Of a stretch of DNA of 49,451 nucleotides, positions 36,321 through 44,543 are shown piece after piece (positions within the stretch are counted from its first letter, which is position 1; every line of letters begins with the position of its first letter). Below the pieces are notes generated by a model. The model was not told the origin of the DNA and did not search any database. It saw nothing but the letters and a program-made list of their open reading frames with translations. The stretch is from a virus (taxonomy: Duplodnaviria > Caudoviricetes). The stretch is from IMG/VR virus record IMGVR_UViG_3300049019_000012, positions 1 to 49,451 of that record; one strand, given 5' to 3'. Made by a program: the position numbers and the translations under genes.

Positions 36321-38384
36321 TCACCAGTTATTCACGAAATTGCGTCGCTTCGGGCCTTTAGCGGGCGCAGAATGACGCACTGGTGCAGTTTGAACGACGC
36401 GTGGCTTTGGTTCCTCTGGTGGGTTTTCCTGCTGTTTTTCTGCTGGTTTTTTCGCGATTTCGCGCACTTTTTTCAGCGTTTCAACGAGTTTTACGGCGTT
36501 TTCCGCTGTCTTTTTCGCCCATTCTTCATTGCTAATCGGCTTCATGCGCTCTGCGATCTTCTTCAGGTTCGGCAGAGTGATCTTCAGCGCGGCATAGGCA
36601 TAAACGCGGCAGTCCAGCGCTTCATTTCGCGCCTTGTCCGGCTTGTGCCACTCGCGCACAGGCTGGCCCTTCACGTAACGCGTCACCAATTTTTCGGCGG
36701 TGATCTGTTTGTACCAGTCGGGGTCACGGTCGGCGGGCACGTGGCAGTAGCCTGGGCCTGGCTTCGACTGCGCCAGGCGACGCATCACCATCAGCTTTGC
36801 TTCGTCCACGCCAACCACGAATAGGTCCACCTTACGGCGCTGCTTGCCAGACTGGCGGCGCTGTGGTGCTTGAACGATCGGCATGCCCCATCCGCCTTGC
36901 CCCTTGCCAGCGAACAGGCGGCGGCCAGTCTTGCCCTTGCAGTATTCGTAAGCCCGCTGCGTGTGGCCAGCTGTGCCGCCAGTGTCCAGCACGGCGGACT
37001 GAATGGACAGCATGTTTCCGGTTTCGTGCGTGAACTGTTCGGCCAGCAGGTCGTCCAGGTCGTCCCACACATCCTGCTGCATGGTATCGCCCCACAGCAC
37101 GCGGTAATCGACGGACCAGCTTTCCTCTGCGACGCCCCAGGCGACAATTTCGACTTCCAGGCGGTCGTTCTGCATGTCGATGCCCGCCGTCAGGTACACG
37201 CCGCCAGCTGGCACTTGAACGCGCCCCTGCATCCAGCCAAGCGCTTCCGCGCGCCCCTGCAGCGTGGTCGGGTCGGCTTTCTCGCCGGTTTCTTCAAACG
37301 TTTCCGCCAGGCTGACGTTCTGGAACGACTGCACATCGCCCACTGCGATTTTATCCAGGTACGACTGCACGATGTCACGCAGACGGCGGAACGTTGAAAG
37401 CATTTCAGGCGCGTGGAATGATGCGTGCCCCTTGAACAGCTTTGCGGCCTTCCATCCGTGCCCCAGCTTTTCGGCGTTGCGGATTGCAGCGATGCGCTGG
37501 CCGTCATCCCACAGGCAGCCGCAGTGCTCGCAGGAATACATAGCCGTTTCCGGCTGGTGTTCCTGGCCCACGTCCTGTTCCCATTCCTTGATTTCCCTCG
37601 AACGGCGGCCTTCCCAGCGGACGTTCGCCCACTTGAAATACTGCGGTTCGTCGCAGTCAGGGCAGCCGACGTAGTAGCGGCGCTGGTCGCCTTCTTCGAA
37701 TCCGGTTTCAATGCGCGATGCGCCCTTGACGGTCGGTGTGCTGCTGCGCGTGTTCAGCGCCTGGTCGCCGAACGTGGCGGCGCGCTGCGACAGCAGTTCG
37801 ACAGGATCGCCTTCAGGCGTCGCGTCCATGCCGTCCACTTCGTCGGCCTGCGTGATCGGCGCGGAACGCCCGCGCAGCGTCTTCGGCGAACCGGCCCAGC
37901 TGAACATCAGCCAGCCGCCGACATACGAAATGATGCGGCTGTTGTTGACGCCTTCACGCCCGCGCTGCTTCGCCATTTTGTCGGCAATGGCAGGGTTCGC
38001 GTCCAGCATCGGGCGCAGCTTCGTTTCCAGGAACGTCTGCACGTCGCCTTGCGTAGGCTGTACCAGGATTTGCGAGCGCGGTTCGTGCGCGATGAAATAC
38101 CCGGTGATGCACTGCTGCACGGTAGTTTTGCCCAGCTGCGCCCCGGTCATGTAGTCGATGCGGCGGATGCCAGGGATTTTGATCGCGTCCAGCATGCCGC
38201 GCTGATACGGCGCGTTGTCGAAGTCGATAGGGCCGGGGATCGCGTTGCCGACTGGGATGCGCACGTTTTCCATCGCCCATTCGGATGGCAGCATGTCCTT
38301 CGGCGGGATCAGGTTCACGGCGGCGCGGCGAATCGCGGCCAGCACGGCTTCCGCGTTGCGGAAGGCTTCGGCGATGATAGTCAT
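36321..38384 (-). CDS. Terminase large subunit, lambda gpA family
   Basis: GAQLGKT, ADEVD, SSTPT, GDQRRYYVGCPDC, AGIDMQ, RNEALDC. Confidence 0.95.
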   Translation of the reverse strand: MTIIAEAFRNAEAVLAAIRRAAVNLIPPKDMLPSEWAMENVRIPVGNAIPGPIDFDNAPYQRGMLDAIKIPGIRRIDYMTGAQLGKTTVQQCITGYFIAHEPRSQILVQPTQGDVQTFLETKLRPMLDANPAIADKMAKQRGREGVNNSRIISYVGGWLMFSWAGSPKTLRGRSAPITQADEVDGMDATPEGDPVELLSQRAATFGDQALNTRSSTPTVKGASRIETGFEEGDQRRYYVGCPDCDEPQYFKWANVRWEGRRSREIKEWEQDVGQEHQPETAMYSCEHCGCLWDDGQRIAAIRNAEKLGHGWKAAKLFKGHASFHAPEMLSTFRRLRDIVQSYLDKIAVGDVQSFQNVSLAETFEETGEKADPTTLQGRAEALGWMQGRVQVPAGGVYLTAGIDMQNDRLEVEIVAWGVAEESWSVDYRVLWGDTMQQDVWDDLDDLLAEQFTHETGNMLSIQSAVLDTGGTAGHTQRAYEYCKGKTGRRLFAGKGQGGWGMPIVQAPQRRQSGKQRRKVDLFVVGVDEAKLMVMRRLAQSKPGPGYCHVPADRDPDWYKQITAEKLVTRYVKGQPVREWHKPDKARNEALDCRVYAYAALKITLPNLKKIAERMKPISNEEWAKKTAENAVKLVETLKKVREIAKKPAEKQQENPPEEPKPRVVQTAPVRHSAPAKGPKRRNFVNNW
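36387..36429 (-). promoter_or_regulatory. Putative late promoter for head genes, inside terL 3' end
   Basis: GGAAAACCCACCAGAGGAA-N18-CAAACT. Confidence 0.72.
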
Positions 38385-38524
38385 AGGGTCGTGCAGCGCG
38401 TGCGCTGATGCGGGCAGGTGCGGCAGGCGCGAGTGCCGGTTATGGTCTTCGCGGTGTGGTCGATGTTGATAAGCCAGCCGCCATAGTCATGGGCGCCCAG
38501 CAGGCAAAGAAGCCAGGCGATCAT
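38381..38524 (-). CDS. 47-aa putative zinc-binding protein between terS and terL
   Basis: MIAWLLCLLGAHDY...CRTC...; ATGA overlaps at both ends; not in ORF track. Confidence 0.65.
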   Translation of the reverse strand: MIAWLLCLLGAHDYGGWLINIDHTAKTITGTRACRTCPHQRTRCTTL

Positions 38525-39027
38525 TCGTCGCCCTCGGCGTCTTCGTCTTCGTCTTCCAGTGTCAGGTCGGCTTCGGCGGCGGCCTGCAGAGCCAGCGTCA
38601 GTTCCTTGCGCAGCTTGTCCTTGAAAATTGTTTCATCGGTTTCGCCCAGCAGCTGGATCACGCAGCGCTGCGGCACGTTCATCACGTTGGCGCGGATTTG
38701 CGCGAACACTTTGGCCTGGGCGCGTTCGAAATCGCGGACGGGCGCGACTTCGCCTTTCTTCTTCGCCAGCTCCAGTTCGGCGGTCAGCATCTTGGCCTGG
38801 GCGGTGCGCTTTTCGATGGCGGCCAGGTCGTCCGGTGCGTCGGCGGTGGCGTCCTTTGCGGCGCGCTCGATGCGCCAGCGTATTACATCTGCCAGGTCGA
38901 AAACCCATTCAACGCCACGGCTGCCGCGCTGCCCCACTGGCATGCCGTCTTTTACCCAGCGGTCAATGGTTGGAAGGGAAACGCCTTGCGCTTCGGCAAG
39001 CCCGCTTCGGTTCAGTTTCAGGCCCAT
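38521..39027 (-). CDS. Terminase small subunit, Nu1-like
   Basis: LNRSGLAEAQGVSLPTIDRWVKDGMP...FDLADVIRW wHTH, then coiled coil. Confidence 0.92.
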   Translation of the reverse strand: MGLKLNRSGLAEAQGVSLPTIDRWVKDGMPVGQRGSRGVEWVFDLADVIRWRIERAAKDATADAPDDLAAIEKRTAQAKMLTAELELAKKKGEVAPVRDFERAQAKVFAQIRANVMNVPQRCVIQLLGETDETIFKDKLRKELTLALQAAAEADLTLEDEDEDAEGDE

Positions 39028-39087
39028 GCTTTATTGCTTTTAGTAATGATAAATTGCGTTTTTAGAACCCACGCAGATATGGAAAGG

Positions 39088-39133
39088 CGCGGGCCTTATG
39101 CCCCCGCATATACCCAGGGCCTCGGAAGTACCT
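39088..39133 (-). other. Lambda-like cos site (cosQ-like plus cosN-like)
   Basis: AGGTACT-N23-GGGCATAAGGCC-CGCG upstream of terS parallels lambda GGGTCCT...GGGCGGCGACCT-CGCG. Confidence 0.65.
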
Positions 39134-39172
39134 TTTGTTGTTGAAAAACAACAGTGTCGCATTCACGCAACA

Positions 39173-39403
39173 TCACGCCTTCACACACAGGTGCTGTTGT
39201 GCGCGCACCACATACTGCAGCACGTTGCGCACATACCCTGCGCTGTACTGAGGGAAGGCGCGCTGCACCAGGTGCATGGCCTTCCTGTCCACCTGGTGCA
39301 TGCGGCGCATTGCGATGATGTCGGCATCAGGAACGACAACTGGCCCGCTTGGCTTGCGATGATGTGTGTGCGTGCCGCGCTTGTGCGTGTTGGTGCGCAT
39401 CAC
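39173..39403 (-). CDS. Small basic hypothetical protein
   Basis: Coupled to upstream ORF; possible HTH-like segment. Confidence 0.6.
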   Translation of the reverse strand: MMRTNTHKRGTHTHHRKPSGPVVVPDADIIAMRRMHQVDRKAMHLVQRAFPQYSAGYVRNVLQYVVRAQQHLCVKA

Positions 39404-39594
39404 TCGACCTGCTCAGCCTCACGGACAGAGAAGCCCACATTGCCATACACGTGCACGGTCGCACTCTCGCCATGCTTCAGTCGCTGACCTTCGCCCATCC
39501 ATTCGGTGGTGCTGTCGTCGCTCCTGTACTGCCGCACGATGATGTCCTGCGGATAGTCTGGCTGGTCGTGCTTGATGGTCACTTTGATAGTCAT
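39400..39594 (-). CDS. Small hypothetical protein
   Basis: AAGGGG RBS right after Rz. Confidence 0.65.
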   Translation of the reverse strand: MTIKVTIKHDQPDYPQDIIVRQYRSDDSTTEWMGEGQRLKHGESATVHVYGNVGFSVREAEQVE

Positions 39595-39605
39595 GCTGAT
39601 GCCCC

Positions 39606-40154
39606 TTACTTGGTTGGTGAAATGGATTGTGCGCGATCAGCGCGAATGACTGCCTGGCAGCTGCGCAACTGGTCGGCTACGCGGTCGGCTTCGCTGGCGA
39701 TTGAAACAAGAAAAGTCGCATCCTCTCGCTGAAGTTCGAGGGACGCGGCTGCATCACGCTGGCTGGTGCCGGTGCCAGCTGGGGCGGTTGCGCCGCTGGT
39801 GCGCTGGCATGTGGTGAACTTGCTGCGCAGCCCGATAGCGCCAGCGCGCAGATCAGCAATAGTACGTTCGCGTGAAGTGATTTCATTTTCGATTGCCTGC
39901 TGGTGTTGTTGATCGATAGCCGCGATGTTTGCGGCGTGCTGTTGTTCCAATCCGCGATACCGCAGCTGTTCGGCGGCCAGCGCCTTGCTGTTGTCCGCAT
40001 CATGCTGCGCCATCACACGCTGGTAATGCTCGGTCGTCACATCGGCGCCGAACGAATAAGCCGCCCACAGCGCCGCCAGGACAGCAGCCACGGCCAGCAC
40101 ATAAGGCAAAAGACGAAGCCACACGGGCTTCGTCACGGTGTCGATGATGTTCAT
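39606..40154 (-). CDS. Rz-like inner-membrane spanin
   Basis: N-terminal TM, coiled coil, ADRVADQLRSCQ. Confidence 0.85.
   Translation of the reverse strand: MNIIDTVTKPVWLRLLPYVLAVAAVLAALWAAYSFGADVTTEHYQRVMAQHDADNSKALAAEQLRYRGLEQQHAANIAAIDQQHQQAIENEITSRERTIADLRAGAIGLRSKFTTCQRTSGATAPAGTGTSQRDAAASLELQREDATFLVSIASEADRVADQLRSCQAVIRADRAQSISPTK
39677..39886 (-). CDS. Rz1-like outer-membrane lipoprotein spanin, embedded in Rz
   Basis: MKSLHANVLLLICALALSGC lipobox; Pro-rich; alternate frame. Confidence 0.85.
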   Translation of the reverse strand: MKSLHANVLLLICALALSGCAASSPHASAPAAQPPQLAPAPASVMQPRPSNFSERMRLFLFQSPAKPTA

Positions 40155-40264
40155 TTCCAAAAAATCCCATAGTGAATATGCAGTTCGGCTGCGATCACAA
40201 CGGCCTCAGTCAGCAGAACGACGGCCAGCAGGGCCACCGCACAAGCCTTCACGACAGATTTCAT
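40151..40264 (-). CDS. 37-aa membrane peptide in lysis cassette
   Basis: MKSVVKACAVALLAVVLLTEAVVIAAELHIHYGIFWK; ATGA overlaps at both ends. Confidence 0.6.
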   Translation of the reverse strand: MKSVVKACAVALLAVVLLTEAVVIAAELHIHYGIFWK

Positions 40265-40779
40265 TGCGCCCCCATACATTTATCAAATCGCTGCTTCTGA
40301 CGTACCCACACGCCCCAGCAGCGCTTATTCGGCTGGCCATTCACCAGCGTGCTGCAGTCGTATCCAGCAGCGAACCGATACCGCAGCAGGCTTTTGCACG
40401 CCGCGATGTACTTCCCATCCATCAGATAACCGCGCATGCTCGATTGCCGCCAGTTGCCGATGCCATACTGCCCGGTGAAGTCCAGGTACGTGTCGTATTC
40501 CGCCTGGTACAACTCCACACCAGGCAGCGATGCCCTGAACTTCGCTTCATCCTTCGAAGCCAGGTTCTTCGCCAGCTGCACAGCGCGCTTCTGCGTGATC
40601 GTGTCGCCCATCTGCACAGGCGATCCATCTTCATATCGCGTCGAACCGTAGCCAATCGTCGGCACGTCGCCTTGCGTAGGAATTTCAGCCTTTGGCGCGA
40701 AACCTTCGCTTGCCTGCCAGGTTGCGAATGCTGCCGCGCTGATGGACAGCACAGCAACAGCAATCCGCTGCCTACTCAT
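40261..40779 (-). CDS. GH24 lysozyme, probable SAR endolysin
   Basis: Weakly hydrophobic N-terminal segment, then EG...DVPTIGYGST. Confidence 0.9.
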   Translation of the reverse strand: MSRQRIAVAVLSISAAAFATWQASEGFAPKAEIPTQGDVPTIGYGSTRYEDGSPVQMGDTITQKRAVQLAKNLASKDEAKFRASLPGVELYQAEYDTYLDFTGQYGIGNWRQSSMRGYLMDGKYIAACKSLLRYRFAAGYDCSTLVNGQPNKRCWGVWVRQKQRFDKCMGAQ

Positions 40780-41023
40780 GATGTGCGCCTTCGGCGTGCA
40801 ACAGCCTCATGCGCTCGTTGTGTTCTTCCTGCTGCCTGCGATCCTCGCGGGCCTTGAACCAGACATTCACCAGCAGGCCAATGATGGCCACCGTGATGCC
40901 GATAACCACGCCGCCTTGGCTTGACGCCATCCATCCCAGGATGCTGCCAGCAGAACCGGCATAAGTGACTTTCGAACCCATTGCCGCAACTGCGGCTTCG
41001 ATTGTTTGCTGTTGATCGTTCAT
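40772..41023 (-). CDS. Holin
   Basis: Small, hydrophobic segments, charged C-terminus, upstream of endolysin. Confidence 0.8.
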   Translation of the reverse strand: MNDQQQTIEAAVAAMGSKVTYAGSAGSILGWMASSQGGVVIGITVAIIGLLVNVWFKAREDRRQQEEHNERMRLLHAEGAHHE

Positions 41024-41476
41024 TTATGCGACGGCCCCGTTGATGACCTCCGCATTGTCGTTCGCCGCCACCTTGCGATCCTCTGGTGGGTTTTCCTTCA
41101 CCAGGTTGCGCACATGCCGTTCCGACACGCCGATAATCGCCGCCACGTTCACAGGCCGCATGCCAGCGCGCACCATAGACAGTATCGACTGGTCACGAAA
41201 CGCCCGATGAATGTTCGCGCACGTTGCCGGATACATAATTTCCCCGCCGAATGCTTCGCACATCTTCACGGCGTCGATGTAGCCCAGCGCCTTCACCAGC
41301 ATGTGGTCCAGTCCCAGCCGCTTCACAGTCGGCACGTACAGCACCAGCGTTGAATTCCTCGCGCCCGGATATCGCTTATCCCTGCTGTACGCTCGCGGCA
41401 GTTTGCCAATCAGCAATAACGCTTTGTCACGCCCAATAACGTCAGCTATTTCCTGAACACTGGCAGGCAATTCCAT
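41024..41476 (-). CDS. Mor/C-like late transcription activator
   Basis: LPASVQEIADVIG, FGGEIMYP, RDQSI...VAAIIGVSERHVRNLV; upstream of lysis genes. Confidence 0.75.
   Translation of the reverse strand: MELPASVQEIADVIGRDKALLLIGKLPRAYSRDKRYPGARNSTLVLYVPTVKRLGLDHMLVKALGYIDAVKMCEAFGGEIMYPATCANIHRAFRDQSILSMVRAGMRPVNVAAIIGVSERHVRNLVKENPPEDRKVAANDNAEVINGAVA
41054..41096 (-). promoter_or_regulatory. Putative late promoter for lysis/packaging operon, inside activator gene
   Basis: GGAAAACCCACCAGAGGAT-N18-GACAAT. Confidence 0.72.
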
Positions 41477-41559
41477 GTTGGCATCCGTGAAATGTGAATG
41501 CCGAATTGTAATATATTCGCGCGGAAATAAGTAGGTTTGGGAAATGTTTCTTGTGTGTT

Positions 41560-41760
41560 GTTGCTGACCAACACGATGACCAACAACCAACGTGACAGCG
41601 ATTTCCAATGATCCCCTAGGCTATTATGCAGGCGGATATATAGCCCCTCATTTTGTTTCTATTTCTTGTCATAGATAGTAGTTGGTTGTGAACATAGTAG
41701 AATCATAGACTTACAGAATGACCATAGAATTTAGGTGATGACCAACTTGGTTGTGGTGGG
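41560..41760. other. Candidate replication origin
   Basis: Non-coding, AT-rich; TGACCAAC at 41565, 41577 and 41739; inverted TTGGTTGT at 41682 and 41747. Confidence 0.45.
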
Positions 41761-41761
41761 C

Positions 41762-41786
41762 AAAAAGAAACCGCCCGAAGGCGGTT
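41762..41786 (-). terminator. Intrinsic terminator
   Basis: AACCGCC-TTCG-GGCGGTT then TCTTTT on minus strand. Confidence 0.7.
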
Positions 41787-41814
41787 CGTTGCTCTACATC
41801 ATCGGTCGCTTGAC

Positions 41815-42144
41815 CTATTCTTCACTGACTGGGGCGATATAGTATCGCTGCTGCGCTGTTCGCCGCTTCTGGAATCCAAGTTCAGTAAGAAACCGGCCCA
41901 TAGCCTGGCGTTGACCTCTGCCTGTGTATTTGATGCCGCAGATGCTGATGATTTCTTCAAGTGTCAGTTTCCGGCCTGACATGCGCGGTATTGAATCCCT
42001 GATGCTCAAATAAATTTCAGCGCTGCTTTCGTCCATGTAGTCAAATCGGCGCGCTTCGCTGGCGGATACCTCTTTGCGCCGTTTTGCTTCGAGTGCGTCC
42101 GCGATTCGTTCAAGCGCTGCTGCAATACGTTCATCAATATTCAT
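41815..42144 (-). CDS. Stand-alone protein resembling the primase C-terminal wHTH
   Basis: Monocistronic between terminators; see findings. Confidence 0.65.
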   Translation of the reverse strand: MNIDERIAAALERIADALEAKRRKEVSASEARRFDYMDESSAEIYLSIRDSIPRMSGRKLTLEEIISICGIKYTGRGQRQAMGRFLTELGFQKRRTAQQRYYIAPVSEE

Positions 42145-42215
42145 AGTTTTCAAAGATATGTTGTTGTGGTGCGCACATAATAGCATAGTCATTTCAGATT
42201 GTGCATGCGGGCATG

Positions 42216-42241
42216 AAAAACCCGCCACATCGGGCGGGTTC
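42216..42241 (-). terminator. Intrinsic terminator
   Basis: AACCCGCC...GGCGGGTTTTT. Confidence 0.7.
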
Positions 42242-42243
42242 TC

Positions 42244-42645
42244 TCACATCATCAACGCATCAAACGGCGTCGGCGTTCGGCCCTTCGCTTTGGCCAGCAG
42301 TTTCTTCAGATGCTTCCTGGTCCTGTTCTTCGCCAGCCGCACATCGCGCCTGCCATCCTCTGCGGTGCGCTTGCGATAGCGTTCGCAGACCTCTGCCGTG
42401 GTAAGTGGCTTCAACTTACACAAAGCATCACGCCCCTGGCCCGCGTGGAAGATTGGCTGCAGTCCACCTGGCCCGTCGCTGCGCTTCCAGCCGCCGACAT
42501 GCGCCCAGCCACACGCGCGCAATTCCTTGATCCAATGTTGCACGGTTCCTTTCGGTGCGCCGATGCGGTCGGCCATGTCCTTGAGCGTGCCAGGCATGGC
42601 AGCCAGGGCAATCTGCGTGCGGTCGTGGCGGTAGACTTTCGTCAT
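42244..42645 (-). CDS. HTH-containing basic protein
   Basis: TLKDMADRIGAPKGTVQHWIKEL; start MTKVYRH at 42645. Confidence 0.65.
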   Translation of the reverse strand: MTKVYRHDRTQIALAAMPGTLKDMADRIGAPKGTVQHWIKELRACGWAHVGGWKRSDGPGGLQPIFHAGQGRDALCKLKPLTTAEVCERYRKRTAEDGRRDVRLAKNRTRKHLKKLLAKAKGRTPTPFDALMM

Positions 42646-42749
42646 GACCTGGCATCCTTCACCTGCGCCCGCACCATCCTGCAATACAGCCGCACAGCCA
42701 GCGCCAGCACAACGCACACTGCGACGAATGCCACCACTGGGACCATCAT
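42642..42749 (-). CDS. 35-aa membrane peptide
   Basis: MMVPVVAFVAVCVVLALAVRLYC...; ATGA overlaps at both ends. Confidence 0.55.
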   Translation of the reverse strand: MMVPVVAFVAVCVVLALAVRLYCRMVRAQVKDARS

Positions 42750-43153
42750 GCTGCACCTACTGCGGCCAGTGCTGCGTCGATATCCTTGATGTCCGCAGTA
42801 ACCATGGAATCGCGGAAGCCGGTCCCGTCGTCGGAGTGGTGCTCCAGGCTTGCGCGGGCCGCCTTCAACGCCGCCACCAGCTGGTCCTGCACGCCCTGCT
42901 TATGCACGATGTCTTCAGCCAGCACCTTGCCAGCAGCCAGCAAGCCTTCCATGTCGCGTTGCAGCTGCTGCACCTGGTCCTGCAGTTCGTTATTGCTGGC
43001 CACCAGGTCGTCATGCGCATTGACCGCCGACATAATTGCATCGGAAGCGTCCCCGTCGTCCTTCTTGAAAATCATCGCGACGTATTCATTAGGCTGCCCC
43101 ACCGTTGCCAGCATCTTCATGCCCCCAGCGGCATACGCTATGCAGAGTTTCAT
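42746..43153 (-). CDS. Coiled-coil hypothetical protein
   Basis: AAAGGG RBS; AVNAHDDLV motif. Confidence 0.7.
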   Translation of the reverse strand: MKLCIAYAAGGMKMLATVGQPNEYVAMIFKKDDGDASDAIMSAVNAHDDLVASNNELQDQVQQLQRDMEGLLAAGKVLAEDIVHKQGVQDQLVAALKAARASLEHHSDDGTGFRDSMVTADIKDIDAALAAVGAA

Positions 43154-43246
43154 AAATCCCTTTCATTGCGCGCCAGCCCAATGCCGACGCCTTCAACGAC
43201 AAAGCCGCGTCGTGCGCGGCGTGGGGTGGTGCTGGGTGTGGGCGGG

Positions 43247-43522
43247 TTAGGTGGCAGCTGCGTGGGCAAGCAACGCCGCCATCAGGCGATAGCTGCCGGT
43301 CAGGTCCAAAAACTTCATAGCAGCGCCCTGGGCCTTATATGGCTGGTCGCGCTCCAATTGTTCGGCGGTCGTGCTGACGCATTCCCAGGAACGCGCGGAA
43401 TCCAGGCCCATGGCCTTGCAGGTGTCGTAGCCAGCTTGACGGGCTTCAAGCGGGATGGATTTGCCCATCGCATTAAACGGATTCAGCGCCGGTTCGGTCG
43501 CCTGGTTGATGTGTTCGGCCAT
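43247..43522 (-). CDS. Hypothetical protein
   Basis: AAGGA RBS before MAEHINQ. Confidence 0.7.
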   Translation of the reverse strand: MAEHINQATEPALNPFNAMGKSIPLEARQAGYDTCKAMGLDSARSWECVSTTAEQLERDQPYKAQGAAMKFLDLTGSYRLMAALLAHAAAT

Positions 43523-43563
43523 GATGTCCTTTCGTTGATGCGCCCCGAAGGGCGCGGGTTGGT

Positions 43564-43782
43564 TTAGATACTGGCAGACCAATATCCAGCGTTATATGCC
43601 TGCTTCAACGGAACTGCGAAGCCGTAACCGCATCCAGGGGCGATCAAGTCCGATACCGCGCGAACGCTGCTCATTCGTGGCTTCTGCTCCATGCCGTGCA
43701 TACGTCCAATACGGGTGGCGCGGGCCATCGCGTCGGGGAAGTCGCCAGGGTTGCGGTTCAGGTCAAATAGTTTTGCCATCAC
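43564..43782 (-). CDS. Hypothetical protein
   Basis: Coupled to upstream ORF. Confidence 0.6.
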   Translation of the reverse strand: MMAKLFDLNRNPGDFPDAMARATRIGRMHGMEQKPRMSSVRAVSDLIAPGCGYGFAVPLKQAYNAGYWSASI

Positions 43783-44024
43783 AGTGCTTTCTTCGCTTCT
43801 TTATAAGCGGCCATGAAGTCCGCTTTTTCGTCGCGGTCGATGATGAAGGCAACTTCGAAACCGTTTCCGACTTCATCCATGCAATCGGTGCTATTGAAGC
43901 TCTTGCGCAGTGCGGCGTCCACGGTTCCCAGTTCTGCTTCCGACTCAGCGTAGACGCACATTTCAATCATGCCGCGTTGAAACAGGTCTTTGCGCGCGCC
44001 CTTGGTCTGTTCGTAAGCTTTCAT
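43779..44024 (-). CDS. Hypothetical acidic protein
   Basis: AAGGA RBS; first gene after candidate promoter. Confidence 0.7.
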   Translation of the reverse strand: MKAYEQTKGARKDLFQRGMIEMCVYAESEAELGTVDAALRKSFNSTDCMDEVGNGFEVAFIIDRDEKADFMAAYKEAKKAL

Positions 44025-44073
44025 TTCCTTGCCCTTTCATTCTCGCCGCGCCAATCGCTGCGTCCATGTAAGT

Positions 44074-44110
44074 ATTAAACCACAGGTTGTATGCGCGTGT
44101 AAATATTTTT
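44074..44110 (-). promoter_or_regulatory. Candidate early promoter
   Basis: A-tract, then TTTACA-N18-TTTAAT with TG extension. Confidence 0.4.
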
Positions 44111-44173
44111 CGTGTTTTGTTGCCGAAATGCGATGCTTGCGCGGTACTTGATCGCGCAATCGTTGCTGCAAAA

Positions 44174-44198
44174 CAAAACCCGCCGAAGCGGGTTGTTT
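44174..44198 (-). terminator. Intrinsic terminator
   Basis: AACCCGC-TTCG-GCGGGTTTTGTTTT. Confidence 0.75.
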
Positions 44199-44201
44199 CG
44201 A

Positions 44202-44543
44202 TCACGCTGCAGCTTTACGTGCTGCGATGATTCCTGGCAGTTCTTCTTCGCGCCAGCGCTCTGCATCATCAGGTGCGCCCAGTTGGCCGGTGACGCGGCG
44301 GCGATAGCTCATCGCGCCGCACTGCCGCCAGGTGATTTCAACAGCGCCCAGCGCCACAGCCTTGGCACGGCAGCCCAGCGAAATGTCGTAGTGACTGTGC
44401 GGCGTGCCTGGTTTCTGGTGCCATTTGCGCGCAACGCCAATCTGCGCCGCCATCGCGTGCAGTTCTTCGTCGGTATCGGCGATCATGTGGCACATAATCA
44501 TCCGCCCGAACTTCGCTTTCATGTCGTAAACGTAGACGGTCAT
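44202..44543 (-). CDS. DUF4031-like protein
   Basis: MTVYV...MCHMIADTDEELHAMAAQIG...HYDI...AVALGAVEI. Confidence 0.8.
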   Translation of the reverse strand: MTVYVYDMKAKFGRMIMCHMIADTDEELHAMAAQIGVARKWHQKPGTPHSHYDISLGCRAKAVALGAVEITWRQCGAMSYRRRVTGQLGAPDDAERWREEELPGIIAARKAAA

